This document shows positions 18,959-27,815 of a stretch of DNA of 64,000 nucleotides, one piece after another; position 1 is the stretch's first letter, and every line of letters begins with the position of its first letter. Below the pieces are notes generated by a model that did no database searches, was not told the DNA's origin, and was given only the letters and a program-made list of their open reading frames with translations. This DNA comes from Candidatus Poribacteria bacterium (GTDB taxonomy: Bacteria > Poribacteria > WGA-4E > WGA-3G), in the NCBI GenBank assembly GCA_963665235.2, contig CAXXLX010000001.1:2304001-2368000 (forward strand). Reading direction: 5' to 3'. Both the position numbers and the translations under genes were made by a program.

Positions 18959-19771
18959 ATGGCACAGCCAGAGCTCACATTAACAGCACATCGCCCGTTT
19001 CAAACCCAACGCCAAGACACCTGGTGGGTACAACCGCTATCCGTCCTTATCGGACTGGGCCTATTTATCGTTTACGCCACCTTCCGGGTTTTTGAAGGTG
19101 CCCATTTTCTTCACGGCCCCTATTTGTCGCCTTTCTATTCACCGCTCCTTTTTGGGATGAACGAGGTGGCACATAGCGTTGAGCATAGTTGGTTTGGGCA
19201 GATGCCTGCTTGGATTCCCGGTTTTATTACCCCAGCGGTCCTGATTTTGTGGGCACCTTTAGGATTTCGCTTTACCTGCTACTATTACCGCGGGGCATAT
19301 TACAAAGCATTCTGGGCAGACCCACCCTCTTGCACGGTGTCGGAACCGCGTAAAGGTTATCGAGGTGAACACTCCTTTCCTTTGATTGTGCAAAATATCC
19401 ATAGATATTTCCTTTACGTCGCGTTTGTCATCCTTGGCGTACTCGCCTATGATGTATGGAAAGCGTTATGGTTTGACGATGGAAACGGGGGAAAAACCTT
19501 CGGCATCGGGATAGGCACTCTCATCTTAGCAGGCAATGTTATCTTACTAGGCGGATATACCCTCGGATGTCACTCCTTACGCCACCTCGTTGGCGGTGCA
19601 GTGAATTTACTGTCTAAAGCACCGGTGCGGCGAAATATGTATAACTGCGTCAGCTGTCTAAACCGCAGACACATGCTCTGGGCATGGATGAGCCTCTGTT
19701 GGGTAGGTCTCTCCGATTTGTATGTCCGAACAGTTGCCACCACCGGTTGGCAGGACTGGATTACGTTTTGA
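18959..19771 (+). CDS. succinate dehydrogenase membrane anchor, mycobacterial Sdh1 (Rv0249c-like) type
   Basis: YLSPFYSP, FRFTCYYYRGAYY, QNIHRYF, GCHSLRH; upstream of sdhA. Confidence 0.88.
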   Translation: MAQPELTLTAHRPFQTQRQDTWWVQPLSVLIGLGLFIVYATFRVFEGAHFLHGPYLSPFYSPLLFGMNEVAHSVEHSWFGQMPAWIPGFITPAVLILWAPLGFRFTCYYYRGAYYKAFWADPPSCTVSEPRKGYRGEHSFPLIVQNIHRYFLYVAFVILGVLAYDVWKALWFDDGNGGKTFGIGIGTLILAGNVILLGGYTLGCHSLRHLVGGAVNLLSKAPVRRNMYNCVSCLNRRHMLWAWMSLCWVGLSDLYVRTVATTGWQDWITF

Positions 19772-19807
19772 TGAATATCGTGTTAAGAGAAGTGAGGACA
19801 TTTTAGC

Positions 19808-21625
19808 GTGGCATCTTATGAAACTTTTGACTATGATGTATTAATAATCGGTGCGGGCGGAGCAGGACTGCGCGCCGCCATTGAGGCAGCTACAGGTGAC
19901 CTGAAGGTCGGTCTCGTTTGCAAATCTCTACTCGGAAAAGCACACACCGTTATGGCGGAGGGCGGAGTCGCCGCCGCATTGGCAAATGTGGACGAAAGGG
20001 ACAGCTGGCGGGTTCATTTCGCTGACACCATGCGTGGCGGACAATACCTTTCTAACGCCCGAATGGCTGAACTTCATGCAAAGGAATCACCGGACCGCGT
20101 CCGCGAACTTGAAGCATGGGGGGCACTCTTCGATCGGACCCAAGATGGCAGTATCCTCCAACGTAATTTTGGCGGACATCAGTACCCACGGCTTGCACAC
20201 GTCGGTGACCGAACCGGTTTAGAGATGATTCGTGCTTTGCAAGACCACGGTATTCATCAAGGCATTGAGGTCCACATGGAGAATACCGTCGTTTCACTTC
20301 TCAAAACGGGTGATAGGGTTTCAGGTGCATTCGGCTACGAACGCGAAAAGGGACGGTTCAAAATCTTCGCTGCAAAGGCGGTCGTGTTGGCAACCGGGGG
20401 TGTCGGCAAGGCGTATAAAATCACTAGCAACAGCTGGGAATATACCGGCGACGGTCATTCGCTTGCCTACCACGCGGGGGCAGAACTGATTGATATGGAG
20501 TTTGTGCAATTTCATCCGACCGGCATGGTGTGGCCTCCGAGTGTGCGCGGAATTTTGGTTACAGAAGGCGTTCGCGGCGAAGGCGGCATCCTTAAAAATA
20601 GCGAAGGCAAACGTTTCATGTTTGACGACATTCCGGAACTCTATGTGAACCAAACAGCCGACAATCCCGAAGAAGGATGGCTCTATACACAAGGCGACCG
20701 CGAGGCACGTAGACCCCCGGAATTGCTAACTCGCGACCATGTTGCACGTTGTATCGTCCGAGAAGTACAGGAGGGCAGAGGCAGTCCTCACGGCGGAGTC
20801 TTTTTAGATATTGCGTGGATTCGGGAAAAACTCCCCAACGCCCCAGAACACATCCGCAGGAAACTGCCGAGCATGTACCATCAATTCAAGGAACTCGCTG
20901 ACATTGACATCACGGCTGAACCTATGGAGGTAGGACCAACGACACACTATATTATGGGCGGTATCCGCGTTGATGCCGATACCCAAATGACATGTGTGCC
21001 TGGCCTTTTCGCAGCAGGTGAGTGTGCAGCGGGATTACACGGTGCCAATCGCCTCGGTGGCAACTCCCTATCCGACCTGCTTGTCTTCGGAAAACGGGCG
21101 GGTGAATACGCCGCACAATTTGCATCCGAAAACGGATCGGTACCGCTCGAGGAGAGCGGCATAGATGATATTGCACAGCAGGTCCTCAAATCCTTTGACA
21201 ACCCAGCGGAGGGCGATAACCCGTACCAGATTCAGGCGCAACTTCAAGACAAAATGCAGGAATTAGTAGGAATTGCAAGAAGTCAAGAGAGTCTGACGCA
21301 AGCCCTGGCGGAGATTCAGATTTTGCGGGAAAAGGCGGACAATGTCCACACTATCGGCAATCGAGAATATAATGCAGGGTGGCACACCGCGCTTGACCTT
21401 GACTGCCTGCTCACTATTTCAGAGGCTATTGCACTCGCGGCACTTGAACGGAAAGCCAGTATCGGCGCGCATTCCCGCGATGATTACCCCGAAAAGGAGG
21501 AGCCGGCGGCAGGGAAATATAACACCATCGTCCGAAAAGCTGACGATGGCACGATGGCTATTCGGCGTGACCCCGTTCCTGAATTATCTGAAGAACTTCA
21601 GAAAATCATAGCCGAAATAGGATAA
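19808..21625 (+). CDS. sdhA: succinate dehydrogenase/fumarate reductase flavoprotein
   Basis: IGAGGAG, AHTVMAEGG, QFHPTG, HYIMGG, HGANRLGGNSL. Confidence 0.96.
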   Translation: MASYETFDYDVLIIGAGGAGLRAAIEAATGDLKVGLVCKSLLGKAHTVMAEGGVAAALANVDERDSWRVHFADTMRGGQYLSNARMAELHAKESPDRVRELEAWGALFDRTQDGSILQRNFGGHQYPRLAHVGDRTGLEMIRALQDHGIHQGIEVHMENTVVSLLKTGDRVSGAFGYEREKGRFKIFAAKAVVLATGGVGKAYKITSNSWEYTGDGHSLAYHAGAELIDMEFVQFHPTGMVWPPSVRGILVTEGVRGEGGILKNSEGKRFMFDDIPELYVNQTADNPEEGWLYTQGDREARRPPELLTRDHVARCIVREVQEGRGSPHGGVFLDIAWIREKLPNAPEHIRRKLPSMYHQFKELADIDITAEPMEVGPTTHYIMGGIRVDADTQMTCVPGLFAAGECAAGLHGANRLGGNSLSDLLVFGKRAGEYAAQFASENGSVPLEESGIDDIAQQVLKSFDNPAEGDNPYQIQAQLQDKMQELVGIARSQESLTQALAEIQILREKADNVHTIGNREYNAGWHTALDLDCLLTISEAIALAALERKASIGAHSRDDYPEKEEPAAGKYNTIVRKADDGTMAIRRDPVPELSEELQKIIAEIG

Positions 21626-21657
21626 GCACAACACCCCGGAGGAAAGCGAAAAATGAC

Positions 21658-22080
21658 GGATAAACCTTAACAGGTTTCCCAAGCATTTATGCTTGGGTCC
21701 AACCCCGTTTTTGTGTTGATAAGAAAAGATATTTGCTTTTGAGTTATTTTTGTGATATAATATTAACAGCATCGTGGATAGGAGTTCTACGCTGCACACG
21801 ACTCCGTGCGGGTCCTATCCCTCACCTGTCCAATGGTGTGTGATGTTGATGCGAAATCATCTCAAATATGTTAGTTAAAAAGTACGGTGGGGCACACCGG
21901 AATTCACGCTTGTGGAGTCCAACTAAGACCCGCTAACTCTCATGCCAATGAGAGGGGGGCACGAGAGACAGGCTTCAGGCAAACAGCCTGCTCTTAAGCA
22001 GGAACAGCCATTTAGGAGGCAAATATGTCTACTGATTTAAGAGCTAAGAACCCCACTCCTTTAGGTGTGGGAGATGTCAG
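21658..22080 (+). mobile_element. non-autonomous IS200/IS605 (TnpB-derived) element, 423 bp, inserted in sdhB codon 2
   Basis: Preceded by TGAC; left-end hairpin CCCAAGCATTTATGCTTGGG; tnpB 3' remnant (STVGHTGIHACG); right-end hairpin CCCACTCCTTTAGGTGTGGG then TCAG; no TSD. Confidence 0.88.
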
Positions 22081-22816
22081 TAAAGCGACTTTTAGAATCT
22101 GGCGCGGCGATGCAGACGCAGCACAATTTGTGGATTACGAAACCGAAATCGGCGAAGGCATGGTAGTCCTAGACGCTGTCCACCGTATCCAAGCCGAACA
22201 AGCAAATGACCTCGCTGTCAGATGGAACTGTAAGGCAGGAAAATGTGGCTCCTGCTCCGCAGAGGTGAACGGCAACCCCAAATTAATGTGTATGACACGG
22301 CTCAACGATTTACCGCTTGACGAACCGATCACCATCGAACCGATGCGTGCATTTCCCCTCATCAGAGACCTCGTTACAGACGTATCATGGAATTTTAAAG
22401 TCAAAAAGAAGATGAAACCTTTCACACCGCGCCCCCCTGACGCAGAGGATGGAACGTGGCGCATGGAACAGGAGGACATTGAGCATATTCAAGAATTCCG
22501 AAAATGCATTGAATGTTTTCTCTGTCAAGATGTTTGTCACGTCCTGCGCGAGCATGACCTCCACGATGAATTTGTCGGACCCCGTTTCTTCGTCTACGCC
22601 GCCTCTTTGGAGATGCATCCGATAGATACTGAAAATCGGTTAGAAGAATTGAAGGATTCGGACGGTATCGGGTACTGTAACATCACTAAATGCTGTACGA
22701 AAGTCTGTCCGGAGCATATCACAATTACGGATAACGCAATTATTCCGCTTAAGGAACGCGTCGTCGACGAATTCTATGACCCGATTAAAAAGCTCTTCCG
22801 TATTTTTAAGGGGTAA
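22025..22816 (+). CDS. sdhB: succinate dehydrogenase Fe-S subunit with an element-derived N-terminus
   Basis: CKAGKCGSC, CIECFLC, CNITKCCTKVCP. Confidence 0.95.
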   Translation: MSTDLRAKNPTPLGVGDVSKATFRIWRGDADAAQFVDYETEIGEGMVVLDAVHRIQAEQANDLAVRWNCKAGKCGSCSAEVNGNPKLMCMTRLNDLPLDEPITIEPMRAFPLIRDLVTDVSWNFKVKKKMKPFTPRPPDAEDGTWRMEQEDIEHIQEFRKCIECFLCQDVCHVLREHDLHDEFVGPRFFVYAASLEMHPIDTENRLEELKDSDGIGYCNITKCCTKVCPEHITITDNAIIPLKERVVDEFYDPIKKLFRIFKG

Positions 22817-22835
22817 GCCTATCGCAATGCTTGAT

Positions 22836-23578
22836 GGATAAACCTTAACAAGTTTCCCAAGCATTTATGCTTGGGGCCAACCCCCGTGTTTTGTGCGTTG
22901 ATAAGAAAAGATATTTGCTTTTGAGTTGTTTTTGTGGTATAATTACCCTGTCAGGTTGGCAAGGATAACGCGTGTAACCTCTTGGTTCCGTGCTTGCCTC
23001 CCACTTGTTAGGGGATAAACGCCTGGTACCTGATGGTTTCCGATGATAAAGACACACAAAATCACGTTAAATCCAAATCGCGAGCAGATAGTTTGGTTTT
23101 TTCAGCAATGCGGTTATGCGAAGTTTGCTTATAATCAAGCCTTGTCTGATTTTAAAACCGAACTTGCCTTGGATAACTTCTTATGCAAAAATCGCCTTTC
23201 GAAGCGCTTCAATAAGAAAAAGAAAGCTTTTGAGTGGACCCCCTCACAAGATCAACGTGCTGCGAAATACGCGATAGACCATCTCGGCTGCGCGATTGAT
23301 AACTGGATAGGAAAGCGTGCGGGTTTTCCGAAGTTTAAGCGTCGCGGTTGCAAGCATTCCTACCAAACGGACGAACAATCAGTTCGGATAGAGACTATCA
23401 TTGTCAAAAGTGTGGATTTCGCGAAGAGCGCGATGTGAATGCGGCTCTCAACTTACGACAAGTCGCGGTGGGATACACCGAGACATAAAACGCTTATGGA
23501 GTCCGTGTAAGCCCTCTATTGAGGAGGCTTTGGACGATGAAGTAAGAGGTCCCACTCCTTTAGGGGTGGGAGTATCAC
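22836..23578 (+). mobile_element. IS200/IS605 (IS1341-like) element with internally deleted tnpB
   Basis: Preceded by TTGAT; first ~105 bp nearly identical to the 21658 element; right-end hairpin then TCAC. Confidence 0.9.
23043..23489 (+). pseudogene. tnpB: tnpB remnant: N-terminal HTH joined out of frame to the Zn-finger/RuvC-III end
   Basis: MIKTHKITLNPN...AYNQAL...GFPKFK, then a shifted frame YHCQKCGFREERDVNAALNL. Confidence 0.9.
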
Positions 23579-23769
23579 GAAGACAGTCTACTCCCGCCTA
23601 GCGTAGAGTTAATTAACTTAGATGTTGAGGATTTAAGCATTGACCCCTATGAATTTTTGGAATTATCGCCATAAAATCATTGGTGTCACTCAAACTGCTA
23701 CCCCTTTAGTGTACGAGTATATAGAATTAACTATAATGTCTTTTTCCCTATCCCGGAGATGCTAAAACA

Positions 23770-24903
23770 ATGGCAAGCAAAAACGATATTTTAAGAGTAG
23801 GTGTGATTGGTCCTGGCGGTGCTGGCCGTGGCAACACACTCGGCTTTGCAACCCGTCCCGATGCGCAAGTTGTCGCTGCTGCGGATGCGCATGAGGGAAG
23901 TTTAGATGCGTTAGAAAACGCGCTTCAGCAACGGGTTGAAGATTATAAACCGAATAGTCTTAAGCGATATCTCGGTGAACACGAATTTATCGAGATGCTC
24001 AATCATGAAGACCTTGATATTGTGGGGGTTTTCTCACCGCATTCCTTGCATGATATTCATGTGAAGTACGCGCTCCGCGCGGGGTGTCATGTCATCGTTG
24101 AAAAGCCGATGGCGAATATTGTCGGGGATGCAATTACGATAACCAAAATTGCGCTCGGCAGCGAATTGCACCTTGTCGGCGGGTATCAGCGTCACTATGA
24201 CAATACCTATATAGCTGGCAGACGTGCGATTGCGGAGGGCCGCATCGGGACCCTCAAAAAGTTTGAGGTCTACATGGCACAGCGATGGGGGGCTGGTGGT
24301 TGGCGTGGTGACCCACGTTTTTCAGGCGGTGGACAACCCAACGACTCTGGCAGTCATCTCCAGGATATTTTTCTCTGGATGACAGGCGCGCTTCCCGCGG
24401 AGGTCTACGGCACAACCGACATGAAATTTGAGGACAACGACGGAAATTTAGTCCCGAAGTTCGTCGAGATTAATTCCTACTCCGACGTAAAACTAGATAA
24501 CGGGGCTGAAGGCACTATTACTATCCTCGGTAACACACGCGTCGGATTCGAAGAGTGGGTGATTCTCGAGGGTGATGAAGGCACCATTGAAATCAAGGGT
24601 GGCATCCGTTATATCCCCAAAGGTGGAGAAGCGGAACCGCTTGAATATCCAAGACCCGAAGGATACCCCAGCAGTAAGGTGGACCAACTTGTCGGCCTCG
24701 CCAAAGGCAACTACGATACGAACTACACATCCGGGGTCAACGGCATCCGAACGAGTTGGTTGACAAATTCTATCCTCGAAGCAGGCCGGGGCCCCGAACC
24801 CAAAAACCGCGTGGATTGCAATAACCTTATAGAGAAAGAGGGGTACAATTACCAAGCGATTTTAGACTTAATCGATGAATGTGCATCGAAAAAGATGTAT
24901 TGA
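23770..24903 (+). CDS. Gfo/Idh/MocA oxidoreductase
   Basis: VGVIGPGGAG, HVIVEKPMA, SGGG..DSGSH. Confidence 0.92.
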   Translation: MASKNDILRVGVIGPGGAGRGNTLGFATRPDAQVVAAADAHEGSLDALENALQQRVEDYKPNSLKRYLGEHEFIEMLNHEDLDIVGVFSPHSLHDIHVKYALRAGCHVIVEKPMANIVGDAITITKIALGSELHLVGGYQRHYDNTYIAGRRAIAEGRIGTLKKFEVYMAQRWGAGGWRGDPRFSGGGQPNDSGSHLQDIFLWMTGALPAEVYGTTDMKFEDNDGNLVPKFVEINSYSDVKLDNGAEGTITILGNTRVGFEEWVILEGDEGTIEIKGGIRYIPKGGEAEPLEYPRPEGYPSSKVDQLVGLAKGNYDTNYTSGVNGIRTSWLTNSILEAGRGPEPKNRVDCNNLIEKEGYNYQAILDLIDECASKKMY

Positions 24904-24918
24904 TAAGGAGAAAAAACG

Positions 24919-26868
24919 ATGAAGTTCGCAAAATACGTTTCCCTTTTAGGTGTCATGCTGTTCAGTTTTGTGCAGGTAGGGTGTTTTACCGGCAACGCGA
25001 CCCGCACCGCTGAGAAATTCGTTGAAGCGAAGGATTACCACAGGGCTGTTGAGGTTTACCAAAGTATCATTGATACCGAACCGGACAGCACAGAAGCCCG
25101 GAAAGCGCAACTCGCTATCGGTGAACTCTATGTCGAACAGATGAATCAACCGGCCGCAGGAATTAAAATGTATGAAGCACTTATTGCCAATGCACCGGAA
25201 AGCGAAGAGGCGGCTGAAGCACACTACGAACTCGGCATGCACTATTACCGTGAAAAGGATTTTGACAACGCACAAACCCAATTTGACTTAATTGTCAACC
25301 AATTTCCGAACTTAGAATTGAGCCATAAGGCGCAGCTGATGTTGGCAAAAAGCTATGAGGAGGCAAAAAACTTTGAAAAAGCTGTAGAAGTTTTCGATAA
25401 TTTTGCTCACCGTAATCCGCAAAGTCAACGTGCAGCGCAAGCCCTCGCGAACAAGGCAAGAATCCAGCGCGAACGTCTCAAAAATGAGGAGGACGCGAAA
25501 CGGACATATCAATTTATCGTGAAGAAATATGGCAAAAATGATGACGCAAAATCCGAGGTTGACAAGGCAAAGGAGCGGCTGCAAGACCTCAACGCTTCTA
25601 TACCTGAACCGGAAAACCCAGAGGCAACGCAGGAAGGCCGCGCTATGAAGAGACGCGAAGAGCGGAGGGAACTTAATAAACCCCGCAGCGGCGGTGAACG
25701 GAGCCCCGCCCTAGGCAAAACTGACGTGGCAGTAGAGGACTCCGGCTTCGGCGTTAGTCCAGAGCAGCTCATGCAACAATTTGGTGGAGAAAGCGGGGTC
25801 ACTACCGACGCGGAAGGCACCTATTATGACGCGGAACTGATGATTGCCAAATTTTTCTACGGCAATGAAGAATATCAGAAAGCAGGCGCGTTATTCTACG
25901 ATGGCATCGCACGCGCGAAAGCCGCAGGTGCAAAAATCGATCCGTATAACTACCTCAATCTCTCTATTTGCTACCGAAAACTCGGCATGCATAAACGCGC
26001 AAAAGAGGTACTCCGAAAAGCATCAAGCCGAGATGGACGCATCATCGTCGCTATTATTAACACCGGCCGGAACCAATATAGTGAGGCTACCAGCGAGGAA
26101 GACTATGAAAAAGCGATAGAAACCTACAGCTCTGTTATCGGATTCAACCGCAACAAGGACTCTGAACTCCATTGGTTAGTCGGGTTGGCGTATAAAAAAC
26201 TTGGGAACGTCGAAAAAGAGCGAGAATCTTTTGAGCGCGCTATCGCCGCGGATACCACGAATACCGATGCGTTGCAAAGTCTTGCTGAAGCCCTCAACGA
26301 ACGGGTCAAGGACCGGAAGGCTGCTGTCATTTTCAAGGACCTAATAGACCAGCGGGGAGATAACTATATCGGTTCAAAGACGCTTGGTGACCTCTGCTAT
26401 AAATATGGAAACTATGCACAGGCACGGGTTAAATACAATGCCGCCGCGAGAACCGCCAAACGACTCCTAGGAAAGGCGAAAAATAAAGCGGAGGAACGGG
26501 TGCTAACGAGTCAATACGTTTATGCCACTATCCGCACCGCACAAGCTGTTTACAAACTTGGACAGGAAGACGCTGCGCAAACCGCTGTTGACACCTTAGC
26601 GACGGAATACCCTGAACATGCGTTAATTCCTTACGGAAGAGGTGAACTCGCTGCCCTCAAAGGCGATGAAACCACAGCAATCGCCGCTTTCAAAGAAGCT
26701 ATTGAGAAAGATGTGAAGTCTGATATTCCGGTCATAGCCCTCGGCGATTTTTATCTCTCTCGAGGCTACAATGACGATGCAATCGCTTTGTGGGAAGGGT
26801 ACTTGGAGCAGAATAAGTATAACACTACAGTGCGGGCTCGCCTTAAAAAGCTAAAGAGCACGAACTGA
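24919..26868 (+). CDS. TPR-repeat lipoprotein (BamD/CpoB-like repeats)
   Basis: Lipobox-like QVGC; many TPR helices with a charged linker. Confidence 0.85.
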   Translation: MKFAKYVSLLGVMLFSFVQVGCFTGNATRTAEKFVEAKDYHRAVEVYQSIIDTEPDSTEARKAQLAIGELYVEQMNQPAAGIKMYEALIANAPESEEAAEAHYELGMHYYREKDFDNAQTQFDLIVNQFPNLELSHKAQLMLAKSYEEAKNFEKAVEVFDNFAHRNPQSQRAAQALANKARIQRERLKNEEDAKRTYQFIVKKYGKNDDAKSEVDKAKERLQDLNASIPEPENPEATQEGRAMKRREERRELNKPRSGGERSPALGKTDVAVEDSGFGVSPEQLMQQFGGESGVTTDAEGTYYDAELMIAKFFYGNEEYQKAGALFYDGIARAKAAGAKIDPYNYLNLSICYRKLGMHKRAKEVLRKASSRDGRIIVAIINTGRNQYSEATSEEDYEKAIETYSSVIGFNRNKDSELHWLVGLAYKKLGNVEKERESFERAIAADTTNTDALQSLAEALNERVKDRKAAVIFKDLIDQRGDNYIGSKTLGDLCYKYGNYAQARVKYNAAARTAKRLLGKAKNKAEERVLTSQYVYATIRTAQAVYKLGQEDAAQTAVDTLATEYPEHALIPYGRGELAALKGDETTAIAAFKEAIEKDVKSDIPVIALGDFYLSRGYNDDAIALWEGYLEQNKYNTTVRARLKKLKSTN

Positions 26869-27032
26869 TAAGGACAACCCTGTTTGATACGTTTTCGGTT
26901 CTCGGTTATTCGGGAACTGAAAACGTTATCCGGGCTTCCGCAGCAGACTCCAACGTTTTCGTTTTGGGATTCGGGTACAGGGCAGTGGCTAAAAATAAAT
27001 TTGACTTTTGCTTATAAATGTGATATACTATA

Positions 27033-27115
27033 TACATCTGCTACTTGAGAGGTGTAAACGTCAGCACCCTTGCTGACGCTCTCAACCGTTCTTTTACACG
27101 GATTGTGCAGATGTA
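27033..27115 (+). ncRNA. candidate small structured RNA (multi-stem with pseudoknot)
   Basis: Follows TTGACT-N17-TATACT; stems TACATCTGC/GCAGATGTA, TTGAGAG/CTCTCAA, CGTCAGCA/TGCTGACG; GTGTAAA complementary to TTTACAC. Confidence 0.6.
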
Positions 27116-27165
27116 GCAAACCATGGACACTACCAAAAACGGAACGGACACTTTTTTGAAAAAAG

Positions 27166-27194
27166 TTGACATTTAGTGATTAGTTCGGTATAAT
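27166..27194 (+). promoter_or_regulatory. consensus sigma70 promoter
   Basis: TTGACA-N17-TATAAT. Confidence 0.85.
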
Positions 27195-27199
27195 TTACG

Positions 27200-27752
27200 A
27201 TGGTATGGTTCAATCAGTGGAGTAAACAATTGATGCAAGCCTAAGGCGTTGTGCATTTGGGTGTGCAGAAAACTGCTTAAAATTCCTGCCAGCCACTATC
27301 ATACGGACTCCAAAAAACACCTCCAAATCCTGTTTTAATGAGATACGTGCCCTTCTGGTCCGTGTCGGGGGTGCCTGCTGACTTTTTAGTAGTATGCGGG
27401 ATACTGTGAAATCTACCCTACAATGTTTAAAACCTTCAGCAAATATCGTTTCTTTGCTGTGCTCACACCAGCATGAGAACCCGGTGTTTTATTCATATAT
27501 CAATGCCAGTTCCTGTGGTATTTTGCGGGGCTGTCAAATTCACGAGTCATTAATTGCCCTGTTACGTTCAAGCGTTGGCAGGAAATCGGACACACTTTGC
27601 TTTGTGATAAGGTGTTCTTAGCGTTGCGATGTTGGCGCAAGTAAAAAATACGAACAATTGCAGTTAGAAGAAATAAGCGCGTAGTTTTTTGCTATGTGTT
27701 TTCGGAGATAACCCTGCACTGCTGTTTATCAGTAGTGTTGCAAACCATGCGG
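27200..27752 (+). ncRNA. candidate large structured RNA / rho leader
   Basis: Long-range helices 27203-27210/27743-27750 and 27283-27293/27574-27584, many local hairpins, no credible ORF. Confidence 0.55.
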
Positions 27753-27815
27753 ACACAGATAAATATAGTTTTATCTATGAATGTATAGGTTAAATTTATC
27801 GGAGTATGAAAAGCT

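Noticed and set aside
21658-22080. IStron/group I intron
   Set aside because: I could not find group I core (P7, J8/7) motifs, and the element supplies its own translation start; not formally excluded.
27394-27621. 75-aa ORF in the rho leader
   Set aside because: No clear RBS, atypical composition, and it overlaps the predicted RNA helices.
27200-27752. RNase P RNA, tmRNA, SRP or 6S RNA
   Set aside because: No GAGGAAAGTCC, tRNA-like acceptor/T arm or SRP GGAA-loop signature found by eye on either strand.
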